DNA of 64,000 nt from Balamuthia mandrillaris (lineage: Eukaryota), in the NCBI GenBank assembly GCA_031835245.2, contig JAVKOQ020000060.1, positions 124,001 through 188,000 of the forward strand, read 5' to 3'. Every line of letters starts with the position of its first letter. Within the stretch, counting starts at the first letter, position 1. The notes beneath the pieces were generated by a model, which was not told the DNA's origin, did no database searches, and saw only the letters and a program-made list of their open reading frames with translations. The position numbers and the translations under genes are program-made. Positions 60,820-64,000 of the stretch are shown piece by piece.

Positions 60820-62331
60820 TTATGTTTTTTTGTACTCGGTAAGTACGGGGTAGATGTTCTCAAAGGCCTCGTAGATCTCCTCCCGCACTTTGGCTCCCGT
60901 CAGGACAATCTTTCCCGACACGAAGATCAGCAGCACGATCTTTGGCTGCACCATCCGATATATCAGGCCCGGAAAGAGCTCTGGCTCGTACTTTTTTTTT
61001 GTGAAGAGCAGAGAAAAGGGAAGCAAAGAACAGCATGTGAGAAAGAAGAAAGCAAAGAGCAGGAAAGAAGAGAAAAAGATAGAAAAAAGCAACACAAAGC
61101 AAAAAGCAGGATAAAAGAGAGATACATACAGAGCAATAGTGAGCATGGGCGTAGGCCAAGCCCTCTAATCGAATGGGGAACTGGACGTCGCAGGAGCCCA
61201 CAATGTTTTGGATCTTAAAGTCCATGAACTTGGCGGGAAAGCCCAGTTTTTGGATGATGCGAGCGTACTTGCGGGCGGCCAGCCTGGAAGCCTCCTCGCT
61301 CTTGGCGCCCGTGCAGACCATCTTGCCAGAGGCGAAGATCAAGGCCGTTGTTTTGGGGTCGCGAATTCTCATGATGACGGCCGCAAAACGCTGGAATGGA
61401 TTTGGAGGGTGAGAGAAGAAACACCGAAATGATGGAGAGCGAGAGAGAAAGAGAGAGAAAGAGAGAATGAAGATGAAAGGAGAGGCGAGGAGAGAAGAGA
61501 AGAGAGCGGGGAGGAAGAGAGAAAGACAAGAGAAAGAGGGAAGCAAATGGAGAGAGCGAATGGAGAGGAAAGGAGAGACGAGTGAAAGGAGAGAGCATGG
61601 AGAGAGAGAGCCGAGAGCATAGAGAGACAGAGAGACAGAAAGACAGAAGAAGCTTTTGACCGGCAAATAGGGGTGGGAAAACAAGAAAGCAAGGGAAAGA
61701 GGAAACAAACGGAGAAGGGAGAGAGAGAGAGAGACATTTATTTTGAAAGAGTACCTTGGGATTGTACTCGGCGTTTCTGGCGTGCAAGGCAATCTCCTTG
61801 AGGTCAAGCCGAGTGCCCAAATTTACTGTTGATACAAGATTTCTTTTTTTTTTTTGTTCAAATTTAAAAATAGAAGAGTTGGTGAAGAAAGAACAAGAAA
61901 GATGAGATGTAAGAAAAGAAAGCAAGGGGCAGAGAGAGAGAGTTAAAAAAAGCATACTGAAGAGTAGGAATAATGCCAGAAGGATGCCTCGACATGTCCA
62001 CCTCGTCAGCGTTTTGTGAGCTCTCATCAAATGTGAGGGGAATGCGTGTGGGGTCCATGCTCAGCGAGCGGACCTCCTCCGCCACCGCGTCGGCCTCATC
62101 GTCGTCGTCGTCGGCCACGTTTTTCTGGATGGGGGTGCTAGAGGCCGAGGAGGAGGAGAGGGTTGCAGGGGAGGAGGTCAGGCTGGGGAAGCCGCCGCTG
62201 TTGGACATGAATAGAGGAGTTCTTTGTTGTTGTTGTTGTGACTCTGTTGTTTTGGAAGAGGAAGAGGAAGAGGAGGAGGAGGAGGTTGTGGTTGCTCCAT
62301 AGGAACTTTGTTGTTGTGCACTAGGGTCCAT
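60820..62331 (-). CDS. TBP: TATA-box binding protein; multi-exon
   Basis: [71 protein letters not shown]. Confidence 0.98.
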
Positions 62332-62660
62332 CGTCTTTGGCTTTCTTTCTTTCGTTCTTTCTTTTTCGATCTTTTCAACAAAACAAAAAAAAAAATAAAT
62401 CCGATTTTTTTCTGGTTGACTCCTCGTACCAGTGAGATTTCTTAAGAAAAAATTTGCGGACATCATCGAGTTGCACAAACTCAGCTAAAGTTGTGCATTG
62501 CGCACTGGGAGAAGAAATTTCCCAATCACAAGCTACTCGAGTCGTCATGGAGTATAGAGCAAGAGAGAAAGCGGAGAAGAAGCAAAGACAGAACTGATCT
62601 TTGGTTTGTGTTGCGTTGTGTTGTGTGTGTGTTTTTTTTTTTTTGAAAGAGCGTCCATCC

Positions 62661-62969
62661 ATGGCAACTGCGTACAAACGGCTGATGCATGAGTACAGAG
62701 GTAAAGGACCAAACAAAAACAAAAAAAAAAATGAATTTTTTTTTAACAAACACAGTTTGAACAACAAGACTAACACAACCTAAAAACAAAAGAGCTCACG
62801 ATCAACCCTCCCGAGGGGTTGACGGTTGGACCGGTAAGCGAGGATAACTTTCTGGAGTGGGAGGCTCTCATCATGTACGACGACTTCTTTCTGTAGTTTT
62901 GTTTTCCTGCTGCTGGGTGTTTTTTTTCTCTCGTAGTATAAAGAATGGCTTTTTTTTTAACTTTTACAC

Positions 62970-63023
<54 letters not shown>

Positions 63024-63373
63024 AAGGGGTCCACCCGGTACACCCTACGAAGGCGGCGTCTTCACGGCTCGGCTCGTCTTTCCCAAGGACTACCCTTTGA
63101 ACCCACCCAAAATGACATTCGCGTCCGAAATGTGGCACCCAAACAGTTGAGCCGTCTTCTCTTTTTCTCTTCTTCTTATGTCCTCTGGCCTCTCTTTCAT
63201 TCTCTCATTCCCTTTGCAATCCCTCTGTGAGCAGTTTATACAAACGGAGAGGTTTGCATATCCATTTTGCATGCGGGAGACGACCCGACCCACTACGAGA
63301 AGAGCGAGGAGCGGTGGTCTCCCGTTCAGAGCGTTGAAAAGATCTTGATATCCGTTATGAGCATGCTCTCAGG

Positions 63374-63418
<45 letters not shown>

Positions 63419-63647
63419 GCCTTCCCTTTTGACTTGTTTGTTTCGCTTTCACACCAGAACCAAATGATGAAAGTCCAGCAAACCTTGATGCAGCTGTAGG
63501 CGCTTCTTTCTCTTTTACTCCCTTTTCTTTCTGTTGCTTTTTTTTTTCTCATTTGATGAGTTTTTCAACCAGAAAATGTGGAGAGATGATCGAGAATCAT
63601 TCAACGAGAAAGTGGCCGCCACTGTAAGAAAAAGTCTTGGCTTGTAA
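62661..63647 (+). CDS. UBE2G2: Ubiquitin-conjugating enzyme E2 G2 (Ubc7); multi-exon
   Basis: [43 protein letters not shown]...[39 protein letters not shown]. Confidence 0.95.
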
Positions 63648-63735
63648 CTAACGTTGTATAAAAACAAAGAACTAGTGGGTCGTTCTTTCTCTTATCAGCT
63701 GCTTTTGTTCTGTTCCGTTGTTTTTTTTTCTTTGT

Positions 63736-64000
63736 TTAAAGCTTTGCAGATTGTTGTTGGCGGTTATCATCAACCTCAACGATGAGTTTACCGAAAGTCT
63801 TTCTCTCTGCGATCTCACGCAATGCCAAAGGAAGCTGCTCCAAACGGAACGACTTGGGATAGACCACTGGCTTCAGTTTGCCTTCCACAAACATTTGCTC
63901 CAACTGTTGAAAGGCTTCTTCGACTTTGGATGGTTGCTTATATTGGTATGATCCCCAAAACACGCTGTTTAGGTTTCAGCTTTAGCTCAACAAGAACGGA
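63736..64000 (-). CDS. NADPH:quinone oxidoreductase-like (MDR/zeta-crystallin family), C-terminal part, with PTS1
   Basis: GVFWGSY...GKLKPVV...FRLEQLPLALREIAERKTFGKLIV; ends in -AKL. Gene starts beyond the right edge. Confidence 0.75.

Noticed and set aside
1..63647. Functional ERAD/ubiquitin gene cluster (HECT, PNGase, RPN2-like, UBC7)
   Set aside because: The genes are interspersed with unrelated housekeeping genes; co-location is plausible by chance without synteny data.

Overview
Gene-dense, intron-rich eukaryotic nuclear DNA. The microsatellite-filled introns and gene set suggest a free-living amoeba or other protist; this is inference only. Conserved genes, left to right: UBE3B/C-type HECT ligase (partial), peptide:N-glycanase, betaine-homocysteine methyltransferase, a large ER lumenal protein ending in a TRAP-delta domain, a degenerate Ski2-type helicase, tRNA-Lys(CTT), WDR70, PPCS, VPS8, cytosolic MDH, WDR81, a DEUBAD/HARE-HTH protein, nucleolin, TBP, UBC7/UBE2G2 and a peroxisomal quinone-oxidoreductase-like gene (partial). 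An accessory island at about 16.1-30.8 kb holds an intron-containing Sola-like transposase and an F-box cluster. The top finding is a tandem pair of genes whose products read as histone H3 tail + F-box + H3-like histone fold + ankyrin repeats, with a split relic of a third copy. Other notable items: an apparent ribophorin-II-like/TRAP-delta fusion, a PNGase with UBL-TGase-L-lectin-PUL architecture, a tRNA-Gly-headed SINE-like element, A-tract splice acceptors, and a recurrent intergenic TG(A/T)CGACA motif. All family assignments come from motif recognition by eye, with no database searches. Exon boundaries are approximate unless stated.
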